This document shows, in pieces, positions 49,701 to 62,718 of a stretch of DNA of 64,000 nt. The notes below the pieces were generated by a model that was not told the DNA's origin, ran no database searches, and worked only from the letters and a program-made list of their open reading frames with translations. How positions within the stretch are numbered: position 1 is the first letter of the stretch; each line of letters opens with the position of its first letter. The stretch is from Geosiphon pyriformis uo1. Its lineage: Eukaryota; Fungi; Glomeromycota. The DNA lies in the NCBI GenBank assembly GCA_016748015.1, contig JAAOMT010000529.1, positions 282,194-346,193 on the forward strand. Reading direction: 5' to 3'. Position numbers and translations under genes: made by a program.

Positions 49701-51186
49701 GAAAAAGTTTATAAAAGAAGATACTTGGTCCCTAAGCTAGAAGAAATCAAAAAAGCTTTAGCTTATAGAATTAATCTTCCCAAAACAAGAGAATAGACAC
49801 TAGACAACACAAAAAAATGGAAAGAAAGACTTCTTCCAGCTTATTAGTTTTACAAAGTAGATGAACAATTAGACTTAAAAACACCATATGGAGACTTCAG
49901 CCAGAAAACTTTCAACAAAGAAGCAATACAACAAGTAGAAAAATTCATAGGAAGAAGCAATCTGATTCTACATTACAAAGCAGCATACTGACTATATGCC
50001 GCTTTCCAATATTGTCTAAATATACTGTTGTATAGATTTATAAAGATGATAACAGTTAACAACATAAAACAAATTACCAATTAACAGTTCAAAAACCTAT
50101 GAAAAAAACAATATTCGACACAATCATCAAACATTACACAAATAAAGACATAGGAACAGATACATATGATTTCACAGGAGCTTAATTTTAAAAGAGAAGG
50201 ATAATATTACCCAAGTAGAAAAACTGATCTAAAGTTATAAAGAAACGTGATCAGAACATAACATAACACAAAATAGCATACAATAATATTAAATAACGCA
50301 TTATAACTTAGGATAGTGTAGGATAATATATTACAACATAGGATAACACAAAATAATACTAGATAATGTGTTATAACATAAGATAGCTAGCAATAATGAG
50401 CAATAGCTAACAATAGTGAAGCAATTAAAAGCAATCTTGTAAAACCAAAAGAATGTATAAAAGCAAGTAGTTGTAGAAGTTGAAAAGACAATTAATTAGC
50501 AATCAATTCTACTTTGTATTATATTTATCATATATCCATAATTCGAAATATAATAAAATATCAAAAACCAAAAAGAAATTCAATTTACCACTTCATGTTC
50601 ACCAATATTACAGATTTCAGTTAAAAATCGAAATCAGTATTTCCTATCTTTGTTTTAGAACAGATGCTATTAGCATAAATGCCTTGAATTTTAACAATTT
50701 GAACCAATTGCTCTTAATCATGGCAATTGATGGAAACTAATTTTTTTTTCTTTTTTTTCTTTTTTTTTCTTTTTTTTTCTGTATTTTTTTTTTTCTTCTT
50801 TTGTTTGGAGTGGCAACATAGGAAAATCGACTGTTTTAGAATAGACTTTATGATAGCCTGGTAAAAGAGGAAAGCTCTCTCTAAGTTTTGGATATTAACG
50901 TTATCTTGGTAGCTTATCAGAAGGACAAAAAAACAATACCAGACCCTAATAACTGCATTTGTAAGCGCAGAGAAAAAAGCTTACATTTGTAGAAAATGTT
51001 GCAATCGACAAAAGACAAACTTTGTGCCTTATAATCAAAGAACTTAACAGGTAAAATTCACATCCAGGAATAGATCTTAGAGATTGATAAAACTGACATG
51101 ACAGAAAAAGCAGTCAATCTTGAAAGATAACCCTAAAATAAAGCATCAAACATTACCACTATATCCTACCCAGTTTACTTGTAATA
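40152..51186 (+). mobile_element. Ty3/Gypsy copy F (family 2: distinct ~1-kb LTRs, same domain architecture), inserted in gag of E
   Basis: LTRs 40152-41166 and 50205-51186. TSD GTGG (40148-40151)/GCGG (51187-51190). PBS 41169-41185; gag from 41228; protease LILDSRSAG ~43430; dUTPase ~45770-46170; RT ~46800-47500; stop 47986-47994; integrase ATG 48005; ORF3 ATG 49377 to ~50190. Confidence 0.93.
44458..45430 (+). mobile_element. Solo LTR G of a third family, inserted in pol of F
   Basis: TGTTAAC...GTAACA termini. The F frame DDFF|TDDPDAF rejoins across it. TSD is imperfect (ATTG/ACAG). TGTATAAAAG (~44808), a hairpin (44995-45019) and a T-rich tract (~45075-45115) occur in the same order as in the other LTRs. 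Confidence 0.8.
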
Positions 51187-53849
51187 GCGGATTTGAAATT
51201 TTGTGCATTGGTGACTACATTTTGGAAGGTTTGTGGATGCATTGGACATATGCATTGTAAGATGCTATTGCACAATCTGCGAATAAACTAATTCAGAATT
51301 TGGGTTGCAGTAAAATAATTGGTGTCAATGGCTTGTATTTGGTGCAGATTTTGATAGAAACATCCTAAGTAAGTGGTGACTGCTTCAATATCTCCCTGTT
51401 TAATAGTGGTGAAAGTGTTGGCCAAGCAATTAATACTGTTGTTATTACTAAAATATCTTAAAAATTCTAATTTAAATGCATTGAATGTTTGGGGTTTCTG
51501 AACTAGACTATGATACCATAAGTTGGCAGCATTCTAAAAAAAATAGGGGATTGCTTAAAGTGCTCTGGCATCATTCCAATTATTGGCAGTGATGGCTTTG
51601 ACAACATTGTTAATCCATGCTTGGGTATTATTTTTTTTGCCAGTGAATTTCTCAAGTTTGGCAATTGAAATGTAGACCATTAGATCCACATTTTGTTGTT
51701 AAGATAGTTGTTGTGGCTGTTGTAGTTGTTGAAGGGATTGTTGAATTTTTTGATTTAGTTGTAGAGACTTGGCTATTGAATTAATCAGTGGCTGATTGAT
51801 GATGATTATTGAAGATACATTTGGTTGATTAATAAATTCAGAAATTAGATTATTCTGATTTTGTGGTGGTTGAATATTCAGAGTTTTGATTTCCAGATTT
51901 TCTAAATTTAGATCTTGCTAAGTTTGAAAGTTCAGGGTTTTAATGTTTGGATTGTTTGGAATTAGGTTCTAGTAAATAAATTCCTAATCTTCAGCTTCTT
52001 TTTCTTCCTCTTTTTTTGATTCTGTTATCTCCCATGGGTCAACTGTTTCAAAATCTTGTGGAAATGACAGTGATCAGTATTCTGATAGGGTGGTTGATTG
52101 TGATTTAAATTCTTCAAAATAATTGTTGTAGGTCTTTAATAATTCTGCTTTCTTTTGTTTACTTTGAAATAGAAGTCGTCCAAATATTAATGTTACATTT
52201 GATGTGGATGCACCTGTTGATGAAATGTTGATAGCGCTTCTGAATATATAGTAGTATAATGGGTTTGTTGGTGATTCAATTCTGGTTTTCTTCCAAGTGG
52301 GTGATTGAATTTCTTTTGGTGTCACTGTTGGTGTTTGTAGTCTTCTTTTTTCTTTGTTTGTGTAGGTAATAGGGAATTGTTGTTGTATGTATCTTTCAAT
52401 GGTTTGATTAATTTCCCTGATGATTGGTATGAAACTGTAATTTCTTGGTAAGCTGGTGTGTTGAAATAATTCCGTATAAAAACTTTCTCTTGCTGATTTG
52501 ATGTTAACTGTTCTTCCTAAACAGTATGTAATCTTTTCATTGACATAAAAGTTGAAAGCAGATTCTGCTAAATAATGGTTGTTGTTTAACCCTAGTTGTT
52601 GACTATACTGTTGGAATAAGGATTTGGTGAATCTTAAATGGTTTATTCTTATGTTTTCTGGTTCTGCCACTTTTGGATAATTGTTGTTGGTGCTGGTTCT
52701 CTATAGAATTATACCTTACAGAGAGCACCAAATGTTACAGGTAATTATTTGGGATCTCAAAGCAAATAACAAATCCATAACTTGGTGTTCAATTGATTTA
52801 ATGATGTTGATAATATTGGTATATCAGTTGTATCTAAAGGTTTTTTTGTTAGAGTTCTTTGTATAATAGACAGAAAGTTAATTAATTGTTTTATCTGTAG
52901 CTTCTCAAAACCGCAGTTTTGTTAATTTCTTTCTTAGCATAATGGCTGGTAATTTTCCTAGTAAGATATCCTCAATTCTGAATGTCTACTCTTATTCCTG
53001 AGTCTTTTACCAGTGTTATATTCTGACATCAGTACCTCCACATGTTAATTCTCTTAATTGAGTTAGTAGTAAAATAAATCAAAAGAAAATAAAAGAAATA
53101 AAAGAAAAAAATAAAGAAAATTAAAAAAATAAGCCAAGACAGTTTTATAAGCTAGTATTCTGTCAATAGCTGTAATTAAGAGCTATTGTTCCAGTGTGTT
53201 TAAGTATTAACTACTATTAACATGAAGTGTTAATAGTAGAAAGTGAATTGAGATAGTGAATAATTTATTTATTGATATTTGTAAATAAAAGATTGCTTAG
53301 ATTAAATCTAAATGAAAAGATCTGTCTTTTCTGCTTTTAAGGCTACTACTATATATACATAATTGAGATTCTTTAATTTCTCAATTTTTCATACTAGAAA
53401 TTCTGCAATTTCTTGTATGAAATTTCTGAAATTTCTGGAATCCTGCAATTCCTCTTAAGAGAAATTCTGGAATTCCACATTTACTATGGCTACTTTTAAT
53501 TGGCTAATTTATATGTTAATTATATGTCTTATATTCTATGAGTAACAACAGAATTATTGATGTCAAAATGACTGGTAAAAGACCCAAAAATAAGGGTAGA
53601 ACACTCAAGGATTAAGGATAGCTTACCAGGAAAATTACCAGTTATCATGCTAAGAAAAAAATTTAATGGAATTGTAATTTTGGGAAGTGACAGATAAAAC
53701 AATCATTAAATTTCTGTTCATTATACAAAAAACTCAACCAATATCTTTAGATATGAAAACCTTTAGAAATTATCAACACTAATCAATTATTAAGCACTAA
53801 ATTATGAGTTTGTTATTTGTTTTCAGACCCCAAATAATTACTTGTAACA

Positions 53850-56800
53850 ATGATTTAAAACAAAAAATACATAAGTGAAGTTTTTTTTAAGCTAATTTAT
53901 TTCAAATAGTTTGTATAAAAATAGATTTGGTAATATCTTTAATAAAATTCAATTATATTTAAGAATGAGTTTGATGACAGATTTTTTTATTTTTTATTAT
54001 TAAATATTTGAGTTGTTTATATATGTATTTGTCAAGAATTTGTAATTAGTCTATTTGTTTTTTAAGAAGTTTTTTTAGTTTATATAACTTTTATATATAT
54101 ATTACAGAAGAATATAAACATTTAATAGTCATAAAAATTTTATTGTTTATATGTTTTAACTTTTTTGCTAAAATAATTTCTTTTTTTTGGTATTTAGAAA
54201 GTTTTTTTTAAGACACATTTAATATGATAAATTTTTTTATAACAAGAATATTTAATATTTTATATATATATATATAATCTACTATTGTATTTTACAAAAA
54301 TATGATTTATATTAATTTGTAAATTATAACTATAATTAATTATAAAAAAAATTATGGCTTAAATTGGTAATAATATTATAATATATAGTTTTTTTTATAT
54401 ATTATATTAAGTATTTAATATTTTTTATATCTTCTCGTATATATTGTTAAATAAAAATTGATTATATAAATTTTTTTATTAATTGAATTTAAATTTTTTT
54501 ATAGATTATATACAGTTGTTTTTATAAGCAAAATATAAAATAAAACTTTATACATATTTTTAATATTTTATAATAATTTATTAATATTGGTTTTAGTTAC
54601 TTAAACTGTATTTTTTTTAATTAAAATAAACTATTTAAAAACCAAAAAATCAATTTAATTATGATTGGTGAATTTTATAAAAGTTTTTTATTATAGACTT
54701 ATTAATTATATTGTTGCTTTTAATCAAATTTAATACTTTTAATATAAGTTTTTTTAATATAAAAGTAATATAGATAATTTTACCAAATTTTAAAAAAATA
54801 AAAACCTTTTTGAATTTATTTATACTTAAAAACAACTTTTAAATCAACTTTAATTTTTCTTGATAAGACTTTTTATTAATTGCTAAAATATTAATATTCA
54901 ATACAAATAATTTTTTAACAAAAATATTCATATTGATTTTGAGAAAAAAAAGAGAAAAAAACTTTATATTTTTATTTATTTTGAAATTTAAAGATTTAAA
55001 AAAGAGATTATTTACTATATTAATATTAAACTATTTTACTTTAAAAGTATTTGTTAAAAAATTAAAATAGTTATCGCTTTTATTATTTATATTGTAATTA
55101 TTATTAACTGAAAAAACATTGTTATTTTTATTATTTGTTTTAGTTTTTATGTTAAAAAACATATTAGAGCTCTTAAAAAATTGTGAATAAATAATAAACA
55201 GAACATTAAAATCAATTTTTTTTTTGATAAAACAGTACTTTTTAAAAAATTTAGAATGAATCAAAAAAAAAGTTTTTGATTAATTATTAAAAAAATAATA
55301 AATTTATATTTCTTTTTAAATAATTTATGTAAAATTTTTAAAATCAAGTTTTTTAATTTGTGCTTTTTAATTAATATTTTTTTACTTATATTATATATAT
55401 AATAAAATATTTAAAAAGTTATATTTATTAATAATAATAAATATATAAATTATTATGTTTCTTTAATATTAAAAATTATGTAAAATTTTAAAATACTTAA
55501 TTATAAAATTATAATAAAGTTTATTAAACATATAAAACATATAAAAATATTTATTAATAAACTTTTATTTTATAAATTAATTAAAAAAGTTATCAATTAT
55601 ATATTAAATGACTTTAAAACTTTACAAATTAATTATTTTGGTATAATTTATCATAATTTACACTTAAATAATAATTTATAATATAAATATAAAAATAAAA
55701 CAAGAATTAAAAATTAAAAATTATGTTAATTAGTAAACAATAAAGCAATAACAATGAATATAATAAAAAAAAACATAGAAAAAAATATACAAAATAATTT
55801 CATATATTTTACTAAAAGTTTTAAAAGAATTTTTTTTTACAAAAAGAAGTAATATTTAGAGTTTTTAATTGTTTTTATGATAATATTTTTATAATAATTA
55901 TTTTAAATAATTAAAAACCTAAAAATAACTTATTTTTAATTTTACTTTTTATTGTTAAAATAATTATAAAATGTTAAAAATGTTATTATTAAAAATTATT
56001 CTGCTGTTAAACAAGTTAAAAAAAAGTTATATGAATTTAGGAAATGTATTTAAAGCGTCTAAAACTCAAAGTTTTAAAATTGTATAGTTTTTAAAGTAAA
56101 AAAAAATAAATAAAAATTTTAAAAAAGAATTTGACAACAAATCTTTTAAGAAAATTTTTAAAATATATTTAAATTTTTAAAAAAACTAAAAAATATAACA
56201 AGATAGCAAAATCTTTAATAACAACAATACTAATGCATATTTATTTAAAAGCAGTTTATATAAATTGTTTTTAATTACACAGATAGTTAATTTTTTTAAA
56301 GAATAATTTATTCAATTTAAAGTAATTAATTTATTAATTTAATTATTATACAGTATATTAAAATTTTTTATTAATTTACTTTATTTATAAAAAAATTAAT
56401 GTATTTGTTAAAAAATAAAAAATTACATCTATTATTAATTATTAATAAAATTTATTTCTTTTACTCTCTATCATATTTAGACAATTTTTTAATATATCGA
56501 ATTTTAAGCATTCATCTTAATTTCTATTTATGTATTATAATTATTTTAATTTTTTTTAAATGATATATTTTATAACTTTTATTATTTATAAATTATAAAT
56601 TTATTAGATTCACATCAATATGTTAAAATGAATTTTATTAATTAATAAATTTATTATAAAGATATTCTTATAACCTTAAACACAATATACAAACCATAAT
56701 AATCGTTTAACAATATTTTATCAATAGACTTAATAATTTTTTAACTTAATAATATACAGAGTTATACAAAAAGCTTTTTTTAAAAGTAAAATAAATTTAA

Positions 56801-57890
56801 GTTTATATAATTACACAAATCAATTAAATTCAAAATTTTATAAATTGTGATAAAAAGTTTTTTTACCATTAAATTTAAATTAACTTTATTCTAATTTTTT
56901 AATAGATTCTTAACTTTATTTATAGTTTAATGTTTTATTCTTTTTCTGCTTCTCTTTTATTGAAACTAAATTTAAATTCGGTTTAAGAAAAATTAAAACT
57001 CATTAAATATATATAATATTTTTTAATATTAACATACTATTACAATAAAACCACAAATTTTATGATATTTTATTAAAAAATAGAATGTGTTAAGTTATTG
57101 ATACAACAATCAAGTTTATCTTTATTTAAAATTAAGCCAACATTAAATTTTAGATAAAGTTTATTAAGATTATTGATAAAATTAAACAATCAAATTAAAA
57201 GTCACAAAATGATTGAAAATTTATTATTATACAAATTCAAAACCATTTTGAATCTTAAAAGCATTAATAAATAAAAAAATGCTTGCTTAAAATTGAAGAT
57301 TTTTTATGTAAATAGCAGTACAAGAATTATATAATGTGAAACATATGAGAGTCACTATAGGTGAAACAGATAATTTAGTAAAATTGATATTAATGTTTAA
57401 GTTTTAATTTCATAAAAGAGCCAATGTAAATAACAAAATTCTAATCATAATGCTAACATTAGATAATAATCCAATTAATTAAAGTTTAATTATAGTTTAG
57501 TTTAATAAACATTAATTTAATAAAAGGATTACATTGATCTATTAGATAGATTTACTTAATTTACAAGCAATAAATTTAAATTGTTTTATTAAACGAAAAA
57601 CATACTTAAAAAATTAAATTTATTTTAATTTGAAAAGCTGAAAAAAATGGATAGAAAAAAAGTCAATATCCAGAAGATTTAAAAATAACAAAAATCCAAA
57701 ATTTAATTCAATTTATACAAAAAGAGGTCTAAACTAATTACAATTAGCTTTGCAAATTAAATAATTGTTTATTAAAAATTATTTAAATATAAATTCTGTT
57801 TTGAATTAATAAATCAATCAATATAAAAACTCTTCAAATATAGCTATAAGCAATATAAAAAATGGTAAATTAAGTAAATAAATAAATATT
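53850..57890. other. Extremely AT-rich, probably fully decayed repeat DNA
   Basis: Very low G+C and no credible ORFs. No family could be recognised. Confidence 0.5.
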
Positions 57891-57899
57891 TAATAATTG

Positions 57900-58280
57900 G
57901 TACTTCACAGTTTTTTATAAATTTAATTGTTACTTCGGTTTCTCCCTTTCTTTCATATTTCATTTAAATCATGATGTTTTATACTGGTTGAATCAATTAA
58001 TCCATAAATTACTGTTGCTTTATAAATTGTATCGAAGCCTCCCTTACGAATTTTATTGACATTATTTAAACCCTTCCATAGAACCCATTCAAATAATATC
58101 ATTGATTATAGTTAGTGTATAGATTAGATTCTTGATTATTTCATCAACTACTTTATTGTCGCTTGGGAATTCCTGGTAAAGTTTTTCAAAAAATAAGAAC
58201 TGGCATGTCACACACTAATCTTTTTCAATGTTCAATTAACAGAGTGAACACAAGTTGCAATTATGAAATTCTGAATTTCA
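57900..58280 (-). pseudogene. Decayed paralog of exon 1 of the downstream TKL kinase
   Basis: Minus strand reads FHNCNLCSLC...CVTCQFLFFEKLYQEFPSDNKVVDEIIKN...EWVLWKGLNNVNKIRKGGFDTIYKATVIYGLIDSTSIKHH...EVTIKFIK. This aligns with AHDCNECKRC...CRACWFIFFEKHYKDFSSGNDEVDKIIKN...EWIPWERLSNINKIARGGFGIIYKAT...VAIKIIK. Frameshifts and stops present. Confidence 0.85.
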
Positions 58281-58549
58281 ATTGGGTAAAGAAAGGATAA
58301 AGGCAAAATGTGAATAGGTTATTATTTAAAGAAAGTTTTTTTAAAATCTTTGTTTTATGGCAATTTTAAAAAGTAAATTTTCAAAGACTAAGTTCTTATT
58401 TATATTGTTTCTCTATGTTCATATAGTTTAACAAATCAATTTAATTGAAACATTATTTGCTACAAATAATACTAGAATTGATTTATTTTGGCCTAGCAAT
58501 AGAAAACCGATTTAGGCATAAAAAATAGCTGAAAATCTTATGAGGGGAT

Positions 58550-59350
58550 AAATTTTTATTAAATAGCCTAAATATAGGCATAACCTTGCAAATTTAATAA
58601 GTTTTCTCGGCTTTATTAGGTTTTTATATTAAAATTATCCTTTTTGATATTGTAATTTATTTAAAACCAGAACAGAAAAGTTTTATTAACGGCTTTTAGT
58701 TTCTTATTTTGCTAATTCAACTGAAAACTTTCGGACCATTATTTATTCAATTGAGGTATTTCAAAGAGTGTCTCTTCTCTTATATTACCTATAAGAAAGT
58801 TTTTATTAATAATAATACTTTAATTAGGCTTACATAAATAAATAAATAACGGAGTGACTCTACAATTACTTTAATAAAAAATAGCCTTAATATACTAATT
58901 CTACTGTTCATTATCTTTAAATAGAATAATACATTTTCAAAATTCAAAAATTAAATGCTTAAAAACAAAATTATTCTTGTGTTTGTTGATAATGCCCCAT
59001 TTTAAACTTTATTTTAATTTAATGAATGTAATTCAAATAAATTTATAATGAATGCTAACAAAAATAAAAAACTTGCAATTTACAACTAGATAAAATCAAG
59101 ATTACATCATATCATAATTTACAAAAAACAAAATTGTTTTCAATCTAAAAATAATATTGATATTAGAAATAAGTTTAACTATGTATTATATGTAGTTAAT
59201 CATATTTATAAATTTAATATATATATTTTATTTAAAAAATAAACTTAATATCAAACATGCCATTGATTTTATTACTTTTGAATCAAATAAAATAATTGAT
59301 ATTACACTCGAGAATTTTAGTTAAAAAAAAAAAACAGGCATTTTTACTTA
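58550..59350 (+). mobile_element. Highly decayed pogo/Tigger-like (DDE_1) transposase relic
   Basis: Fragments in the order expected for pogo transposases: ANSTE..PLFI (~58710-58750), NKIILVFVDNAP (~58965-59000), KLNIKHAIDFI...KKTGIF (~59240-59345). Confidence 0.5.
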
Positions 59351-61225
59351 AAATCAGTTAATCAGAAATTACAATACAATTTATTAAAGATAATATTACA
59401 ATTAACTATAATAAAATTTAAAATACTTTTTACTAATCTTACATCAACTAAGAATAAATTGATAAATGAAATTAAAAAAATATTTATATAATGAAATCGT
59501 CGTTTTAGCCTCTAACTCAAAATGGGTGTTTATAAGCCTTTGGAAAGATTTTATCAAATTTTATGTCTAAAACAATATTAATAGCTGAAATAAATAAAAT
59601 AATAATTATATTATTAATTATCTTTATGATGTTTTCAATATAAAACAAGAATTAAAGTTTAAACTTTAAACTTTAATTAATAGAAAAGACAAAAATTTCA
59701 AGGAAATTTAATTTAAAAACTTTTTACAAAGAAATGGTCTACGAAAGACAAATTCATAATTAATTAAATTTAATAACTGGTATATATTTTTGATTATAAA
59801 ACAATATTAAAAGAAAAAGAAAAATTGTAAATAAAAAAACCAGTCAAATGAAAATATTTAATAACAATTTTTAAAAATTGTAATATTTTTTATATATCTA
59901 ATGCAGATAAAACTAGTTTTAACTAATATAAAATTTTCATTAATTTTATTATTACAAAAAAGCTAATAAACCATTTTAAGAATTTAATTTATAAAAATAT
60001 TTTGATTTAATTAATAAGCAATATAAAATTATGTTTTTAATGACTTTTAAAACATAAATACTTTATTGTTTTTATTTATAATATTTTAATTTAATTTTTT
60101 AGAAATTAAATTTAATAAATTCTTTTAACTAATAAAATTTTTGTGAATCAAATTAAATCTTTTTGTTAAACAATAATATTATTTTTTACTTTTATTAAAT
60201 CTTTAATTTAAAAACTAATCAAAATCAAAACTCTAGTTTATGACAAAATATTATATGTGAATAAAATTAATTTTTTAATTTGTTAATTTCATCAAATTTT
60301 ATTTTAATTTTTTTTTAAATATTAATATAATTGTCAAGTTTATTTTATTTTTGAAAAATTGTATTTTTTAAACCAAAGAAATGTTAAATTTAAAGTAAAT
60401 TATACGAAGAAATAAAACCAGTCTGGAATTTCAAAAACATTTCTTTTTTTAAAATAAATTTTTCGATTGATTTTATGGAATTTCAGATTATTTTCCAGTT
60501 TTTTCTGAGTTAAAAGCAAAAATAACTTTTTATAAATTTAAAATATTTAATTAAAAATAAAATATCCTTTTATTAATTAACAACTTATGCTCAAATGATG
60601 TTTAAGTAATTACTTTTATTATTAAATTTTAACATACATTCACTTTAGGTTTTGAATTTAACATATTGCAATGATAAATTAGTTGATAGTAGCAGTTGTG
60701 AGATTGCTCTGCCATTTAGTCTAACCAATTTGATAAGAAGCATTTAAAGTTAGTGTAAAGAGGAACCGAGAGCTAACAAAATAAGAAATTAATTAAAGTC
60801 TTAATATTTATGATATTTATGCTAAAAATAATCTTTAGAAATCTTCCACAAAGAAATTTCTTTGGTTTTTTCTTACAACTCTAACTCGTTTTATTCTTGT
60901 TCTACAAATAAACTGAATAACTCGTTTAGACAACAATACAATAAGGCTCCTTTGGCGTAATTAGTGAACAATGGCTACTTAAATTTTTTCATGGTCAAAA
61001 CTATTTAATATGATTTGTAGCGAATCACAGTCTAATGAATAAGGTTAATAATTTGATTTGTTACTCTATGCGAACATAGAAGAAACAACATAAATAAGAA
61101 CTCGCCTTTAGACAAATAACTTTCTAAACGTACTATCAAATAAACCTTTAAAGAAACCCTCTTTGAATAATAATATATTATTCACATTTTATCCTTCTAT
61201 ATATCTCTTGTTCTTTATCCACATC

Positions 61226-62590
61226 ATGGAAAACAAAGAAATTAATAGATATCGTCCAGATGCTCATGATTGCAACGAATGTAAACGGTGTCAAGAGAGT
61301 ATTAAATATAATAGTGGTAATGATTGTAGAGCATGCTGGTTTATATTTTTTGAAAAACATTATAAAGACTTTTCAAGCGGCAATGACGAAGTTGATAAAA
61401 TAATTAAGAATCCAATCTACTTTACTAAGAAGAATAATTATAAGGGTTATTTGAATTACTATGAATGGATTCCATGGGAGCGTTTGTCGAATATCAACAA
61501 AATTGCTAGAGGAGGGTTCGGTATAATTTATAAAGCAACCCTAATTGATGGATTAATTAATGAGTGTAGTATAAAACATCATGGTGAAATGGAATATAAA
61601 AGAGAAAGAATAGGCACAGTAGCAATTAAAATTATAAAAACAAACAGTTCAGAAGTGTTTAAAGAGGTAAAAAAAACTATTAATATTAATATTTATATTT
61701 AATTCATATTTACTTATTATTTATTTATTTATTATACACTGTGTTGATAGTTAAATATTCAAAGAGCTATGTTAATTAATAACAATGGTAAATACTTATA
61801 TTTTATCTCTCCTATATTTGGGATTACGCAAAACGCTGAAACACTCGAGTATGGAATTGTGATGGAGTTTGCCAAACATGGTGACATGAGAAAATATTTA
61901 TCAACAAATTTTCATTCTACGAGTTGGGAAGATAAATTATTGATCGCGTCTGATATAGCTGAAGGACTTGATTTAATTCATTCTTCTGGTATGGTTCATC
62001 GTGACCTACACTCGGGCAACATCCTACAACCATTTATTAATATTGCAACGATTGGAGATCTCGGATTATGTCAACCAGTAAACAATAAAGCAACAACAAC
62101 AGAGGAAAAAAAGATATATGGAGTGATTCCATACATTCCACCAGAAGTTTTAAGAGGAGAAAAGTTTACAACGGCTGGTGATATTTATAGTTTAGGAATG
62201 TTATTATGGGAATTAGCAACAGGAAAGCCTCCTTTTTATGATTGTTCTCATGATCATATTCTTATAATGGCTATTTTAAATGGTCAAAGACCTAAGATTA
62301 CATCCCCACTTATTCCACCTTCAATTGCCGAAATAATTGTAAAGTGTTGGGATGTTAATCCTGAGAATCGTCCTACTGCGTTTGAACTTAGAAAGACGTT
62401 TGAGGAACTTGTAAATAAGTTAGTGCGGAAACTTAAGGGCTGGAATTTCGAGGTTTTAGAATCAGATAAATACGTGTTTGAGATGTTAAACAACGACTCT
62501 ACAACAACAACAACAACGCGCATTCATCCAGGAGCAGTTTATACAAGTCGTCTTTTAACTTTGCAAATAATTGAAGAGACAAAAGGTTAG
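61226..62590 (+). CDS. Tyrosine-kinase-like (TKL) protein kinase with N-terminal Cys cluster; exon 1 61226-61666, intron 61667-61750, exon 2 from 61751
   Basis: Motifs ARGGFG, VAIK, HRDLHSGN, DLG, YGVIPYIPPE, DIYSLGMLLWEL and CWDVNPENRP. A phase-0 GTAAAA...TAG intron joins EVFKE|LNIQRAML in frame. The 3' end is uncertain: stop at 62588-62590, or a donor GTTAGT at 62586. TKL expansion is established for Glomeromycotina. Confidence 0.88.
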
Positions 62591-62718
62591 TTATCTATTT
62601 TGTATTGATTAATTTATTGATTTAATTATTATACAGTATATTAACAATTTACTTTATATCAATTTATAAAAGAATTTGTCTATATGCCTGAAGGTAAGAG
62701 TTAAAAAAAGTTTGAATA

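Larger units (their letters stand above)
32809..53547 (-). mobile_element. Ty3/Gypsy copy E (family 1, GGAATTCC-type U3), inserted in the 3' LTR of D and itself interrupted by F
   Basis: LTRs 32809-33623 and 52733-53547 (815 bp each). Perfect TSD ACAG (32805-32808/53548-53551). PBS 52714-52730; gag GTG 52670; pol stop 35741-35743; integrase ATG 35711; ORF3 ~34340-33637. Confidence 0.95.
23890..53849 (+). mobile_element. Ty3/Gypsy copy D (family 1, GGAATTCC-type U3), 5'-truncated host of nested insertions
   Basis: Begins mid-gag (FQSKQKKTKLLETYSNYFEEFK). Protease LILDSG ~26570, dUTPase ~27940-28330, RT ~28970-29700, stop 30161-30163, integrase from 30194 (ATG>ATA), ORF3 to 32247. The 3' LTR is split into 32261-32808 and 53552-53849 by element E. 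Confidence 0.9.

Noticed and set aside
55031-55264. 77-aa ORF in the AT-rich region
   Set aside because: Low-complexity K/N/F/I composition expected by chance in very AT-rich DNA.
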